Source: a phage
Sequence record: PZ445473.1
Direction: 5' to 3' (one strand)
Length of the DNA: 64,000 nucleotides
A program made the translations under genes and the position numbers. Positions 9,667 through 20,130 of the stretch are shown here, piece after piece. Within the stretch, counting starts at the first letter, position 1; each line of letters begins with the position of its first letter. The notes beneath the pieces are model-generated. The model was not told the origin of the DNA and ran no database searches. It saw nothing but the letters and a program-made list of their open reading frames with translations.

Positions 9667-10470
9667 TTGGCTATCGAAACTAATGCGGTAGTTGTTACCG
9701 ATTTAAACCCGCTCTATCCTAGAGACAGGGATTACATCTACGAAGGGGCGGCTCAAATCCGCCTCATTAAACAAACATTACAGAACACATTCCCAAATGT
9801 TACAGAGCCAGTTCAGTTGGACTCAGATTCTCTCAATATTCTGGCTAGCAAAGTTACCTTTACTGGTGACTCTATGGATGTTGGTGGGTTGATGATCAAG
9901 AATGCCACTCCGGGTACAGGTGATAGCGATGTTGTCACTAAAGGCCAGATGGAAGCTTTCATGCAGAACTGGATGGCTAATAAACTTTACAGGATTGGCT
10001 CTTACTATATCACTGAAGAAGATATTAACCCCGGTGATAGTTCTTCTCTTGGTTTTGGCTCTTGGGCTAAAGTGACTGGTGTCATTATGGGTACTGGTGT
10101 AGTAAACCCTGATGGCTCTGTCCCTAATGCTCAGAGAGTTGAGTTCCAAGCAGGTGGTACTGGTGGTCGTGTCTTCAATACCATTCGAACAGAGAACGTA
10201 CCTTTGATGACAGTTAATGGCTCCAGCTTCTCCTTATCCAGTAACACCCACAGCCACAATATGGTATTTGGTCGTGGAGATGCTAGTGGTCATAACAGCT
10301 CACCAAACTGGTATAGTCCAGGTGGTGGTTACAGTCAGAGAACTGATAATGACACTCACACTCATACAATCTCTGGTAGTGTAAGTCTTGGTCGTGATGA
10401 TATCTCTCGTCAACCTATTAACACTTTGCCACCATTCAGAGCAGCTCACATTTGGAGACGTATTAGCTAA
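9667..10470 (+). CDS. virion protein, possible tail fiber/adhesin component
   Basis: 267 aa; TTG start with GGAGG RBS 4 nt upstream; Gly/Ser/Thr-rich C-terminal half. Confidence 0.4.
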   Translation: MAIETNAVVVTDLNPLYPRDRDYIYEGAAQIRLIKQTLQNTFPNVTEPVQLDSDSLNILASKVTFTGDSMDVGGLMIKNATPGTGDSDVVTKGQMEAFMQNWMANKLYRIGSYYITEEDINPGDSSSLGFGSWAKVTGVIMGTGVVNPDGSVPNAQRVEFQAGGTGGRVFNTIRTENVPLMTVNGSSFSLSSNTHSHNMVFGRGDASGHNSSPNWYSPGGGYSQRTDNDTHTHTISGSVSLGRDDISRQPINTLPPFRAAHIWRRIS

Positions 10471-10479
10471 GGAGGAATT

Positions 10480-13400
10480 ATGGCGCTGTATCCAATAAAG
10501 TCACTAGGTGCTGTAGGCGTTATCGCTGATCAGGCTCCGACAGACTTAGCTCCTAATGCTTTCACTAATGCTATAAATGCTCGATTTGTTGAGCAGAGAG
10601 TGTTTAAGACGGGGGGCAATGCCCCTCTTTCTTATGTAGATGAAGATAAGGATTTAACCCCTCTGTCTTTCGTGTCTATGCCTTTCGATTATTATAGCGC
10701 AGGTAATAGCTTTCTTGTTGTAGGTACGAATAAGAAGTTATATAAACTGACAGATGAAAGCTTGACTGACATTAGCCGTAAGGTTGCTACAGTCACTAAG
10801 AAGGCTTCTGCCTCAATTAAGATCTATCCAGTTGTTTCTCAAATCGTTCCTAAAGAATCAACTATTTCAATGAACTTCAATCAGACTAAGAATCTAGAAG
10901 TTTCTCTTCTTCCTGCTGATGCTAACAATACCGACCTTGTTTGGGAGGTTAGTAATTCAACCTATGGAAGTATTGCAGTAGACCCTAATGATTCTAAACT
11001 TGCTACTCTAACATCTTTTGAGAGAGAGGGGAATCTTGTAGTAACCATCTCTACTGCTGATGGTTCTGTAGTGGCTCAGATTGCTGTGAACATTATAGAT
11101 GGTGATTCGGGAATCTTCTTGAGTCAGGACACTGTTACTATCCGTAAAGGAGGGACTACCACTCTTACGGCTGTTACTGGTAAAACCCCTGTTACTTGGT
11201 CTAGCAGTAATGCTTCTATTGTATCCGTAACCCCTAACGCTAATTCTCTAACTGCTGTTATTACTGCTAATGGTGAGGGCAACGTAACAATCACTGCCGA
11301 TAATGGAACGAAGACTGCTTCTTGTGAGGTTGTTTCTATACCTCAGATTGATAGCATCTCTTTAAGCCAGTCGGATGTTATTGTAAGCAGAGGTTCTCAG
11401 TACATCTTAACTGCTACCCTTTCTCCTGCTGATGCCCCTAATCAAAACATTACTTGGACCTCTTCTAATCCAAATATTGCAACAGTATCAGGGACTAGTA
11501 CACAAGGGACGATCAATGCCTTACTTGCTGGATTTACTGAGATTACGGCTACCACTGAAGAAGGTAACAGAGTTGCTGTCTGTACTGTACGAGTAGATTT
11601 AGCTGGAAGGGCGATGAGAACAAGTGCTATGGCATTTGCTGCACCTGCATCAGAACCAATTGAATCACAAGAGGAAGAAGTAGTAACTTCTCCTGAAAGT
11701 GAAGAGACGGTTTATTTTGCTGATCCTGTGTCTGGTATCGATACGTCAGGGATGTATGAAGGTAATAACTTCTACGACTACTCTAACGTGAACGACATTG
11801 AAGGTTTTGCAAGAGCTTCTTTACTAGAAACCCCTTTGTCATCCGTAACCTTGGATGTTGTCAGTGCTTCTCTTGATGTTGGTGAGGAAATAGTTATTAC
11901 AGCTACAGCTTCTCCAGAAGGTGAGTATTCCTATCAGTGGTCTGTCGATAAGACTGGTTATGTTTCTACAACTTCAGTTACTGGTAAATCTATCAAACTG
12001 GTTGCTCTTCGTAAAGGAGAGATTAACGTAACATGTACTGTCAGTCAGATGACTCAGAAAGATTACGATGCTTTTGATGACTACCCTTGGTATCACGCTG
12101 TTATCTCTAACTGTGCAGTTGCTACAACTCACTATGAAACTCCTCAGGTAAAAGAGTTCGAATCAGAATACTTTGTAGACCTTCCGGGGTGGGGTGAGCA
12201 AACAGTTGTTGATAGTGATGGAAACCCTTCAGTCAAAAAGTTTAACTGGAAATGTGAGAGAGTAAGATCTTTTAACAACCGTCTTTTTGCTCTGAATATG
12301 AGAGAGGCTAATGCTTCTGGTGTTACCACTAACTACCCTCTTCGTCTTCGTTGGTCTAATTTTGCCAACGAGAACAAAGCTCCTACTTTATGGGATGACT
12401 TTGCCTATGATCGAGTTGTGTCTTCGGACTTGGCTTCTAACATCGTAGGACAGACTCAGGCTTTAGAAAATGGATATGCTGGTTACATCGACTTAGCTGA
12501 CTCTAACGGCAGCTTGATTGATATCCTACCTCTTAAAGATTACTTGTTCGTTTATACAGAGTTTGAAACGTACATTGGTTCTCCAACTAATAACACGTAC
12601 CAACCTCTGATGTTCAAGAAACTCTTTAACGATTCCGGTATCCTTGCTCCTGAGTGTGTAGTAGAAGTTGAAGGTAGTCATTTCGTAGTTACTCAGAACG
12701 ATGTAATCTTACACAATGGTGCAACTAAGAAGTCAATCGCTTCTAACCGTGTTAAGAATATGCTAATTAATGAGATATGTCTGGTTAACCCTTTAGCTAC
12801 TCGAGTACATTTGCATCAGGATAAGAAAGAAGTTTGGATTCTGTACGTAGGTCCGGGAGAACCAAAAGAAAGCTTCGCTTGTACTAAAGCTGCTGTATGG
12901 AACTACGAGTTTGATACTTGGTCCTTCCGTACTATTCCTTATGCTCAGTGTATCGGTCTAGTTGACCCTCCTGTTTTAGAGAGAGGTCCAATCTGGTCTG
13001 ACTTCCAAGAGATCACTTGGGATGACCAATCTATCAAAGAACTCGTTTGGAGAAAGGATGCAACAAACTTTAGACAGAGGGTTACGATAGTAGGTTCGTT
13101 CTTGAGGGGGTTCTATCAAGTGGATGTAGGTGCTCTTGATTATTTCTATGATAGGCTTAATGATAAGATTATAGAAAAACCACTGGAGATGAGGTTAGAG
13201 AGAACTGGCATTGATTTTGATAACATCACTAATGAGTGGAATCAAAAGCATATCAATAGGTTCAGACCTCAGACGACAGGTTCTGGTACGTATACTTTTG
13301 AGGCGGGTGGTAGTCAATTCTCTAACGAGTATGGTCATCCACATACATCCAAGACGTATACGATTGGTGTTGATAGGCATGTCTCGGTGAGACTGAACCA

Positions 13401-13497
13401 TCCATACCTTTTCTATAATGTTATAGATAATGATGTTAACAGCAATGCTGCTATCAATGGATTAACGATAGAGTTTGCTGTTGGCGGGCGGAGATAA
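10480..13497 (+). CDS. large virion protein with tandem Ig-like (Big_2-type) domains
   Basis: 1005 aa; repeated patterns such as LTAVTGKTPVTWSSSNASIVSVTPNANSLTAVITANGEGNVTITA and ITWTSSNPNIATVSGTSTQGTINALLAGFTEITATT. Confidence 0.55.
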   Translation: MALYPIKSLGAVGVIADQAPTDLAPNAFTNAINARFVEQRVFKTGGNAPLSYVDEDKDLTPLSFVSMPFDYYSAGNSFLVVGTNKKLYKLTDESLTDISRKVATVTKKASASIKIYPVVSQIVPKESTISMNFNQTKNLEVSLLPADANNTDLVWEVSNSTYGSIAVDPNDSKLATLTSFEREGNLVVTISTADGSVVAQIAVNIIDGDSGIFLSQDTVTIRKGGTTTLTAVTGKTPVTWSSSNASIVSVTPNANSLTAVITANGEGNVTITADNGTKTASCEVVSIPQIDSISLSQSDVIVSRGSQYILTATLSPADAPNQNITWTSSNPNIATVSGTSTQGTINALLAGFTEITATTEEGNRVAVCTVRVDLAGRAMRTSAMAFAAPASEPIESQEEEVVTSPESEETVYFADPVSGIDTSGMYEGNNFYDYSNVNDIEGFARASLLETPLSSVTLDVVSASLDVGEEIVITATASPEGEYSYQWSVDKTGYVSTTSVTGKSIKLVALRKGEINVTCTVSQMTQKDYDAFDDYPWYHAVISNCAVATTHYETPQVKEFESEYFVDLPGWGEQTVVDSDGNPSVKKFNWKCERVRSFNNRLFALNMREANASGVTTNYPLRLRWSNFANENKAPTLWDDFAYDRVVSSDLASNIVGQTQALENGYAGYIDLADSNGSLIDILPLKDYLFVYTEFETYIGSPTNNTYQPLMFKKLFNDSGILAPECVVEVEGSHFVVTQNDVILHNGATKKSIASNRVKNMLINEICLVNPLATRVHLHQDKKEVWILYVGPGEPKESFACTKAAVWNYEFDTWSFRTIPYAQCIGLVDPPVLERGPIWSDFQEITWDDQSIKELVWRKDATNFRQRVTIVGSFLRGFYQVDVGALDYFYDRLNDKIIEKPLEMRLERTGIDFDNITNEWNQKHINRFRPQTTGSGTYTFEAGGSQFSNEYGHPHTSKTYTIGVDRHVSVRLNHPYLFYNVIDNDVNSNAAINGLTIEFAVGGRR

Positions 13498-13502
13498 CAA
13501 CA

Positions 13503-13530
13503 AGGGGCTTCGTGCCCCTTTTATTGTTTT
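13503..13530 (+). terminator. rho-independent terminator
   Basis: GGGGC-TTCGT-GCCCC followed by TTTTATTGTTTTT. Confidence 0.6.
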
Positions 13531-13541
13531 TGGAGGAACTT

Positions 13542-14510
13542 ATGGGTGCAGGTGGTTTTCGTAAGAACACTGGTCGCAATAACACCACACTCCCGTACAA
13601 CGTTGGGTTTCTCAATAATGTACAGGACACAGAAACTTATAACGTAGCCGTTTATGATGAACTACAGAAAGTCAGCACAGCTACTAACCAAATGTTCCAA
13701 GCTATAGATGAAATTCACGAAGAGATTGATGTTCGTATCAAAGCTCTTCATGCGATGAATCTACAATTTGATGAGCTTGAGAATAGAATTACTACAGAGA
13801 TAGAAACAGCTATTGCAGACATTCAAACACAGATGGGGAACCTCTCCACTGATGATATTTGGGATAACTCTGTTCAACCTCCGGTAAAGCTAGAAAGCAC
13901 AGTATCTGGCTTTAAGACAAGTATTGAAGGTAACACAACTAAAATACAGACTGTCGAAGGTATTGTTAATGATCAAGGTCAAGAGATTGCTTTAGTTCAG
14001 ACAGAGATTCAAAACATTAATGGAAGCCTATCTCAGTATATGAAGCTCTCTGAGTATGAAGCTACGTGGGGTGTTAACTCTTCTGTTAATGGTCAGTACG
14101 CTGGAGTTAAGCTAACTAACAACGGAACAAACAGTCAATTCCAAGTAACCGCTAACAAGTTTGTTGTCGGTGATGGTACGACAGGGAATACACCATTTGT
14201 GTTTGAGAATGGAAGAGCTAGGATGGAGTTCGCTGATATAAAGAACGTCAACATCACAACAGCTCAGGTTGCCAACGCTAGGATTCAGTGGGCACAGATT
14301 GATAACGTATCCATCTCCAACGCCCAAATTCAGAACTTGTCAGCGGATAAAATCACTGCTGGTTCTATGTGGGGTTCTAACTGGAGACTTACTGTTGGGG
14401 GTGACTTTGTTATGGGCGGCACAGGTGGGGCACAATTGTGGATGAATGGGAACAGGATAGACTTCTATGATGGAAGTGGTGCTCTGAGAATTAGGATAGG
14501 GAGTTGGTGA
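13542..14510 (+). CDS. tail fiber-like protein
   Basis: ATG at 13542 with GGAGG RBS; the track start at 13512 lies inside the terminator; coiled-coil N-terminal half and beta-rich C-terminal half. Confidence 0.45.
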   Translation: MGAGGFRKNTGRNNTTLPYNVGFLNNVQDTETYNVAVYDELQKVSTATNQMFQAIDEIHEEIDVRIKALHAMNLQFDELENRITTEIETAIADIQTQMGNLSTDDIWDNSVQPPVKLESTVSGFKTSIEGNTTKIQTVEGIVNDQGQEIALVQTEIQNINGSLSQYMKLSEYEATWGVNSSVNGQYAGVKLTNNGTNSQFQVTANKFVVGDGTTGNTPFVFENGRARMEFADIKNVNITTAQVANARIQWAQIDNVSISNAQIQNLSADKITAGSMWGSNWRLTVGGDFVMGGTGGAQLWMNGNRIDFYDGSGALRIRIGSW

Positions 14511-14511
14511 T

Positions 14512-15531
14512 ATGGCATATGGAATATGGTGTCAACCGGTAGGTCCGGGGCCAGCCGCCCCTGCCTCTCTTTTTATAGATAGTAATTTAACATTTCCACA
14601 ATATCTAGGAGCATACAACATATCTCCTTCGTGGAGTGCTAGAAATGCTTCTTTTAACGTAGGCTCTTTTGATGGTCAAGGTGAGTTATTAATTGTCCCG
14701 ACTAGTAGACTTATTCAAGATTATTATGTAGGGACAGATTTAATGCCTAGTTTTAGTTATGTAACAGGTATAGGGACTTCTGGACAAACAGTAAATATTA
14801 ACATAGAGCCTGCTGGAGCTAGTGGTAACAATAACAGAAACTTCCCAATGTCTTTCCAAGCATATAAACTCTGGCCTAGAGGTAATAGAAGCTACGGAAT
14901 AACTTTCTCAAACTCAGCAGATTTCTTTTCTATCTCTGATAGTGGGGTTGTTGGTCAGTGTGTTTGGGCGTACAGAGGGGCTGTAGGAGACGGTTTTACT
15001 GTCCCTAATGCTGGCCCCAACGCTCTAGTATTTGCCAACTGGAATCAGGGTGGGGTGTGTGCTTCTTACAACGCAAGCAACGGTCAAATGATCATAACCC
15101 ACGATAGATCAAACCAGTCTGGCAGTAACAGAGGTGCAGTAATATATGATATGAGAATTGCTGTTTTTGCTAGTGGTGTGGGTGTACCAGAACATAATGG
15201 AGGTCTGAATATATACTCTCCCGGAACTACAACTTGTGTATTCTCTACTTACAGGACTCCGTTTGCTATCAGCAGGTTCTTCCCATCTAGTGGGGGTTAT
15301 ACAGGTCTAGGCATTCCTATGATGTGTATGAATGTCACTAATGGAGCCATAACAGCGCAAGGTGGTGGATGGATGTGGGTTCATGAAAGATCTCATACAA
15401 TGAGTGGTACGTCAGTAGGAACAGGCTTTGGCCCACTCGTGGCTAACTGGACTGACCGATACCCAATCAACGTTAACATAAACCTAGGATTCAATTACCC
15501 AATGTTGGAAGGTTCTTTAATTTATGCATAA
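14512..15531 (+). CDS. hypothetical virion protein
   Basis: 339 aa ORF tightly packed in the structural operon. Confidence 0.45.
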   Translation: MAYGIWCQPVGPGPAAPASLFIDSNLTFPQYLGAYNISPSWSARNASFNVGSFDGQGELLIVPTSRLIQDYYVGTDLMPSFSYVTGIGTSGQTVNINIEPAGASGNNNRNFPMSFQAYKLWPRGNRSYGITFSNSADFFSISDSGVVGQCVWAYRGAVGDGFTVPNAGPNALVFANWNQGGVCASYNASNGQMIITHDRSNQSGSNRGAVIYDMRIAVFASGVGVPEHNGGLNIYSPGTTTCVFSTYRTPFAISRFFPSSGGYTGLGIPMMCMNVTNGAITAQGGGWMWVHERSHTMSGTSVGTGFGPLVANWTDRYPINVNINLGFNYPMLEGSLIYA

Positions 15532-15540
15532 GGAGATATT

Positions 15541-16323
15541 ATGGCAATTAGAATGGGTATCGAAGAACTAGACCCAATGGTGCAACAGGCTTCAAAGAAG
15601 TATGGAATACCAGCTGCTTTGATTCATGCTGTAATCCAAAGGGAGTCTAGCGGTCGTCCTACGGTGGCCTCCGGAACTGGTCCTGTAGGTTTAATGCAGA
15701 TCAGTAAAGGGGTAGCCAAAGATTATGGTTACAAACTAGAAGATAGACTTGACCCGGCAAAGAACATTGATATGGGTGCTCGTTACATCAGAGACAATCT
15801 GAAAGCTTTTAATGGTGATGTTAAGAAAGCGATGGTTGGTTATTCAGAAGGTATTAGTGGTGCTAAGCAGATGTTCGCTGGTAAAAGAGGTTTTACTTCT
15901 CAGGCTCTTGACTCAATGAATAACAAACACTTTCTCCCTTTCTATGGTGACGCATCTTCTCAGATTGCTAACCCTATTGGAGCTTTACAAGCTGTTCAGC
16001 CCGTCAACCAGTTCAGTTCGGACTATTTAGATAGAGAGAAGGCTGCACAAGCTCCAACTCAGGCAGAGATTGCTGCTTCTAAGACAGGTGCTTTAGGCGG
16101 TAATCCTGTAGGGTTTTACTCTGATGAAGTGCAGGAAGGTGAAGACCAGAAGCCCCAACAGAACTTTGGTAATGCAGTATTAGGGGTGGCTGCTATGCTT
16201 GCTGGTAAACCTCCTACCTCTCAAACAGTTCAGAGGGCAAGTGCACCTCATGCAGCAGGTTCTCAGTACAGCCCACAAACACAAGCAGTGCTTAGACGTC
16301 TGGCTAGCATTGGTGTTAAGTAA
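15541..16323 (+). CDS. lytic transglycosylase (SLT domain) virion protein
   Basis: AALIHAVIQRESSGRP...GLMQISKGVAKDYG matches SLT catalytic Glu-Ser and GLMQ motifs. Confidence 0.7.
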   Translation: MAIRMGIEELDPMVQQASKKYGIPAALIHAVIQRESSGRPTVASGTGPVGLMQISKGVAKDYGYKLEDRLDPAKNIDMGARYIRDNLKAFNGDVKKAMVGYSEGISGAKQMFAGKRGFTSQALDSMNNKHFLPFYGDASSQIANPIGALQAVQPVNQFSSDYLDREKAAQAPTQAEIAASKTGALGGNPVGFYSDEVQEGEDQKPQQNFGNAVLGVAAMLAGKPPTSQTVQRASAPHAAGSQYSPQTQAVLRRLASIGVK

Positions 16324-16342
16324 TAATCGTTAAGGAGGACTT

Positions 16343-17395
16343 ATGTCTTTATTTGGAAAATCAGCTTCTAGCAAAACCTCAGTGGCTCCTTCCTCTCAGG
16401 TTGATGCCCTGCTGAAGCAGATTGTTGCTAATGCTCAGAATATGCAGAACAACGATCAGGGATTCATTTCCCAACAGCTGGCTGGGTTTAATGGCAACCA
16501 ACAAGGTGCTCTGAACAACTTGGCAGCTTCTACTACTCAAAAGCAATTGGCTGATATGTACACACCTCGTACACAGCAAGGGCTAGACCAACTGAATTCT
16601 CTTGCCCAGCAGTATCAGAATATTGTTAATGGTGGTGGCCTGACTGCTGACGGTGTTAATAACTTTAGTAGAGGTTTAAACAACTCAGCTCTTGCTCAAG
16701 CTACCAGTAAAGCAGCTTCCAATGTATCTCTTGGAAATGGTTCTGACTCAGGCTCTCTTCGTAGAGCTGCTGCTCAGGGTGCTGCTCTTAATGGTGCTAA
16801 TACAAATCTCTCTCGTACCATCAATGGTAAGAACATGGGAATTAGTGCTCTTCAACAAGATCAAAACTTCCAGAGAGGTTTGCTTGGTGCTCAGTCTGGT
16901 TTAGCTGGACAGAACCTCAATCTCGGTGCACAAGGTGTTCAGGCAACTCAGCAAGCTATCCAGAATCAACTCATGGCTGGTAATTTACAACAGCAACAAG
17001 CTCAAGCTCAAGCAGATATCAATTGGCAGAATACTATTGGTTCTCGGCAGTATGGGTGGAATCAGCTTAATAATCAGCTTAATGTATTAAACAGTGTAAG
17101 CCCGATGGCTGGATATACGATTAAGAATGCTGCTCCGGGTATTAATACAGGACAACAGCTCCTAGGTGCTGGTATTACTGGTTTAGGTATTGCAGGTCGT
17201 TTGGGTGCTTTCTCTCCTGACCAACAGACTCAGAATGCTTGGAGTTCCTATAACAATTCAGGCGGGCAATCTGGAATGGCTGGTCCTATGATTGGGGGTT
17301 CTAATCTTTCTCAACAGAAAGGTCAGTCTAACTGGTTATCCACAATGGGTAATAATATCTTAGGTGGTGTCTTAGGGGCATTCGGAGCAAACTAA
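16343..17395 (+). CDS. Gln/Asn/Gly-rich low-complexity virion protein
   Basis: 350 aa; compositionally biased; AGGAGG RBS. Confidence 0.45.
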   Translation: MSLFGKSASSKTSVAPSSQVDALLKQIVANAQNMQNNDQGFISQQLAGFNGNQQGALNNLAASTTQKQLADMYTPRTQQGLDQLNSLAQQYQNIVNGGGLTADGVNNFSRGLNNSALAQATSKAASNVSLGNGSDSGSLRRAAAQGAALNGANTNLSRTINGKNMGISALQQDQNFQRGLLGAQSGLAGQNLNLGAQGVQATQQAIQNQLMAGNLQQQQAQAQADINWQNTIGSRQYGWNQLNNQLNVLNSVSPMAGYTIKNAAPGINTGQQLLGAGITGLGIAGRLGAFSPDQQTQNAWSSYNNSGGQSGMAGPMIGGSNLSQQKGQSNWLSTMGNNILGGVLGAFGAN

Positions 17396-17407
17396 AGGAG
17401 ATTTGAT

Positions 17408-18376
17408 ATGGCTTTATTTGGAGGAGGGAATAGTAAAACTACTTCCCAAATGATTCGCCCTGAATACATTCAACAGTATATTGACCAGCTTAACCAACTG
17501 ATTGGTAATACTAGTTCAGGGGATTATGTTTATCGTGACAATGTAGGGTTTAATAATAACCAGATAGAAGCTCTTAACAACTTAGCACAATCTGGTGCTC
17601 TAGGGACTCTCTCGCAGCAATATATGGATGCAGCAGGTCAAGGGTTAGGTTATCTGGATAATGCCTATAAAGGTTATCAGAGCCTTTCTGGACAAGGCGG
17701 AGTTACTGGAGAACAGATTGGTGCTCTTGCTGGTCAACTATATGATGACGATGCTGTGCAAGCAGCTATTACAGCTAATAATGAACAAGTTCAACAAAAC
17801 CTAGCACGTAATGCTCTTCCTCAGCTAGCTCAACAATATGCTGGTCAGCAGGGTTCAGGTGCTCGTATGGCTAAATCTTTTGCTCAAGGCGATGCTCTGA
17901 ATCAGATGCAAGGACAAGCAACAGATATTACCAACAGTGCCTATAATTCGGCTATCAGTCAAGCTGAAAGCATTCTCTCTGGTAATAGACAGAATCAGGC
18001 AGCTGCTCTCTCAGGTCTTTCCAATATTGGTTCTAACCTTTCTAACTTAGGTCAGCAAGGTGCTAATTTGTCTCAACAGCAAATGTTGAATCAATGGAAT
18101 GCAGGGTTGCAGCAACAACAGCAACAACAGAATGAATATGATAATGCCTACCAGAATGCCCAGAATGCAGCTAACTGGGGATGGCAGGATATCAATAACC
18201 AACTCGGTGCAGCAGGTGTACTTAACGGCGCTCTTGGACAAACTACAACTACCAAAACATCTGGTGGTGGCGGTGGTTTCTTAGGTGGAGCTATGAGTGG
18301 TGCAGCGGCAGGTTCTTCCTTTGGACCTTGGGGTGCATTGGCAGGGGGCGTAATCGGTGGGTTGGCTAGTAATTAA
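17408..18376 (+). CDS. Gln/Asn/Gly-rich low-complexity virion protein
   Basis: 322 aa; poly-Q stretch QQQQQQN; Gly-rich C-terminus. Confidence 0.45.
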   Translation: MALFGGGNSKTTSQMIRPEYIQQYIDQLNQLIGNTSSGDYVYRDNVGFNNNQIEALNNLAQSGALGTLSQQYMDAAGQGLGYLDNAYKGYQSLSGQGGVTGEQIGALAGQLYDDDAVQAAITANNEQVQQNLARNALPQLAQQYAGQQGSGARMAKSFAQGDALNQMQGQATDITNSAYNSAISQAESILSGNRQNQAAALSGLSNIGSNLSNLGQQGANLSQQQMLNQWNAGLQQQQQQQNEYDNAYQNAQNAANWGWQDINNQLGAAGVLNGALGQTTTTKTSGGGGGFLGGAMSGAAAGSSFGPWGALAGGVIGGLASN

Positions 18377-18389
18377 TTAGGAGACAAGT

Positions 18390-20063
18390 ATGCAACAGAC
18401 AACTTACGCTCAGGTCAGAAGTCGTGACCCGAGAAATACTTTCTATGGTGTTAATCCGGGAGCGGCTTCGGCCTCTCCTTATATGGCTAGACCTATTCAG
18501 ACAGCAGATATTTCTATGTACCAACGTCCTGCTGTACCTGCTGGACTTTCTCGTCTTGTAGGTCAAACTTCAGTAGATTATCAGAATATGCTGAACCCTG
18601 TTCAGAGTAATGGACTTCCTTCTGATATTCCTAATGACGTACAACCTCAAGCACAACAAGCTGTAACTCTTCCTGAGCCTGACAATAAAGAAACTGTGCA
18701 AGATGCCGGACCTTCTCCTTCTTCTGTTCCTCAAGAATCAGAGCCTCTTCCGGTGACGCCTCCTACTAAACCGCTAGAAGATGGCCCTATGGAGTTTACT
18801 CCTTCTCAAGTGGAACAGGCACAAGGTGTTGTTACTACTCTTGCTCAAGGTCAGGACACTGGAGACGGAATGGCTGGGGCTACTCGTATTAAAGATCAGG
18901 AACGTGTTAATAATGATATCATGCAAATTGCTAAAGCTAAAGACCCTTCCGAAGCTTGGAATAAACTACAGAAAGAACCTTTCTATCAGAACTCTAGTTT
19001 CTACACAGGTTTGATGGGTGTAGGTCTTTCAATCATGTCAGGTAAATCTCCTATTGAAGCATTCCAAATTGGTCAGGGAATGGCTAATCAAGATGAGACT
19101 AAGAAGCAACTAGAAGCTAACCGTGATGCTCTGATTGAACAAGGTTTCTCTCAAGACTCAATTGCAGCTGCTATTGCTAACGGAGATCCATCTCTTCTGA
19201 AGATGAAATCTATAGACCCTGCTCAAAAAGAAGCGTGGTATGCTGAGCGTGAAAGACGTCAGAATGAGGAGTGGGATAGACGTCAAGCTATCAGTGAAGC
19301 TTCTGCTGAAAAAGGTCGTAAGGCTACTTTTGAAAACCAATTAGCTCTGGCTGAAGCTCGTGGTGAGATTACTCGTGACAACCAGTTGTTCAAGAATGAA
19401 CACAGTGTTCGTAAAACATCTCCTAAGTGGGAAAAATCAGAGGAGCTTGGTGGTATTACTCCTAATTTACGAGACAAGTTACAGCAATCTTATCGTCCTG
19501 TTATTAACGTCCTGTCTTCTCGAAACAAGTGGATGGCTCCTACAGAAGCTGCTATTGCTAAACTGGGAACTGGTACAAACTCACAAGAGAGTGCAGCTCA
19601 GCAACGTGCTGCTATTGAGAACTTAACTAAACTTATTCAAGGTGGTTTAGCTTCTATTAATGGCGAAGTTATGAATGAGCTTACAGGCGATCCAGATTGG
19701 GTTAACAACAAGTTGAATAAGATTCAGATGATGGCAGGTCAAGGTCCGACCGAATCTAATATCAAGTGGCTTAAAGCACTTGGTAAAGAGATTCAAGAAA
19801 TTGATAAAGAGGCAACTAAGTATCAAGTAGCACCTCTAGTTGAATCTTTGATACTTGACAGCAAACTCTCTCCTGAGAATGCTATCCGTGCTGCTAACTC
19901 TATCTTTGCTCCGGGTTCTGTTCGACTCACTACTGAAGAGTTTAAAGAATGGTCTCGTGGACATAGCAAAGTTCATGATAAGACATTCCCTGATGACAAG
20001 CCTTCTAAATTGAAGGGTGGTGCTTTATCTGGTTCTTCAGATACTAGCTGGTTCACTGAGTAA
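18390..20063 (+). CDS. putative internal virion protein
   Basis: 557 aa; Pro/Ser-rich N-terminal region; position between SLT protein and large internal protein. Confidence 0.45.
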   Translation: MQQTTYAQVRSRDPRNTFYGVNPGAASASPYMARPIQTADISMYQRPAVPAGLSRLVGQTSVDYQNMLNPVQSNGLPSDIPNDVQPQAQQAVTLPEPDNKETVQDAGPSPSSVPQESEPLPVTPPTKPLEDGPMEFTPSQVEQAQGVVTTLAQGQDTGDGMAGATRIKDQERVNNDIMQIAKAKDPSEAWNKLQKEPFYQNSSFYTGLMGVGLSIMSGKSPIEAFQIGQGMANQDETKKQLEANRDALIEQGFSQDSIAAAIANGDPSLLKMKSIDPAQKEAWYAERERRQNEEWDRRQAISEASAEKGRKATFENQLALAEARGEITRDNQLFKNEHSVRKTSPKWEKSEELGGITPNLRDKLQQSYRPVINVLSSRNKWMAPTEAAIAKLGTGTNSQESAAQQRAAIENLTKLIQGGLASINGEVMNELTGDPDWVNNKLNKIQMMAGQGPTESNIKWLKALGKEIQEIDKEATKYQVAPLVESLILDSKLSPENAIRAANSIFAPGSVRLTTEEFKEWSRGHSKVHDKTFPDDKPSKLKGGALSGSSDTSWFTE

Positions 20064-20083
20064 GACCTAAGTCCTGCCTTCTA

Positions 20084-20094
20084 TAATGTATATA
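20084..20094 (+). promoter_or_regulatory. TAATGTATATA motif (putative phage promoter element)
   Basis: CTATAATGTATATAGGAGG, 37 nt upstream of the ATG at 20131. Confidence 0.4.
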
Positions 20095-20130
20095 GGAGGT
20101 AGGACATTTTTATTTATAAAAGGAGACGTT

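Noticed and set aside
13512-20130. Track-reported starts at 13512 and 20086 (and similarly 27703, 46200)
   Set aside because: Each lies upstream of a clear RBS plus ATG (13542, 20131, 27679) or inside a terminator hairpin; for 46200 the frame is instead open further upstream and best explained by an AUU start.
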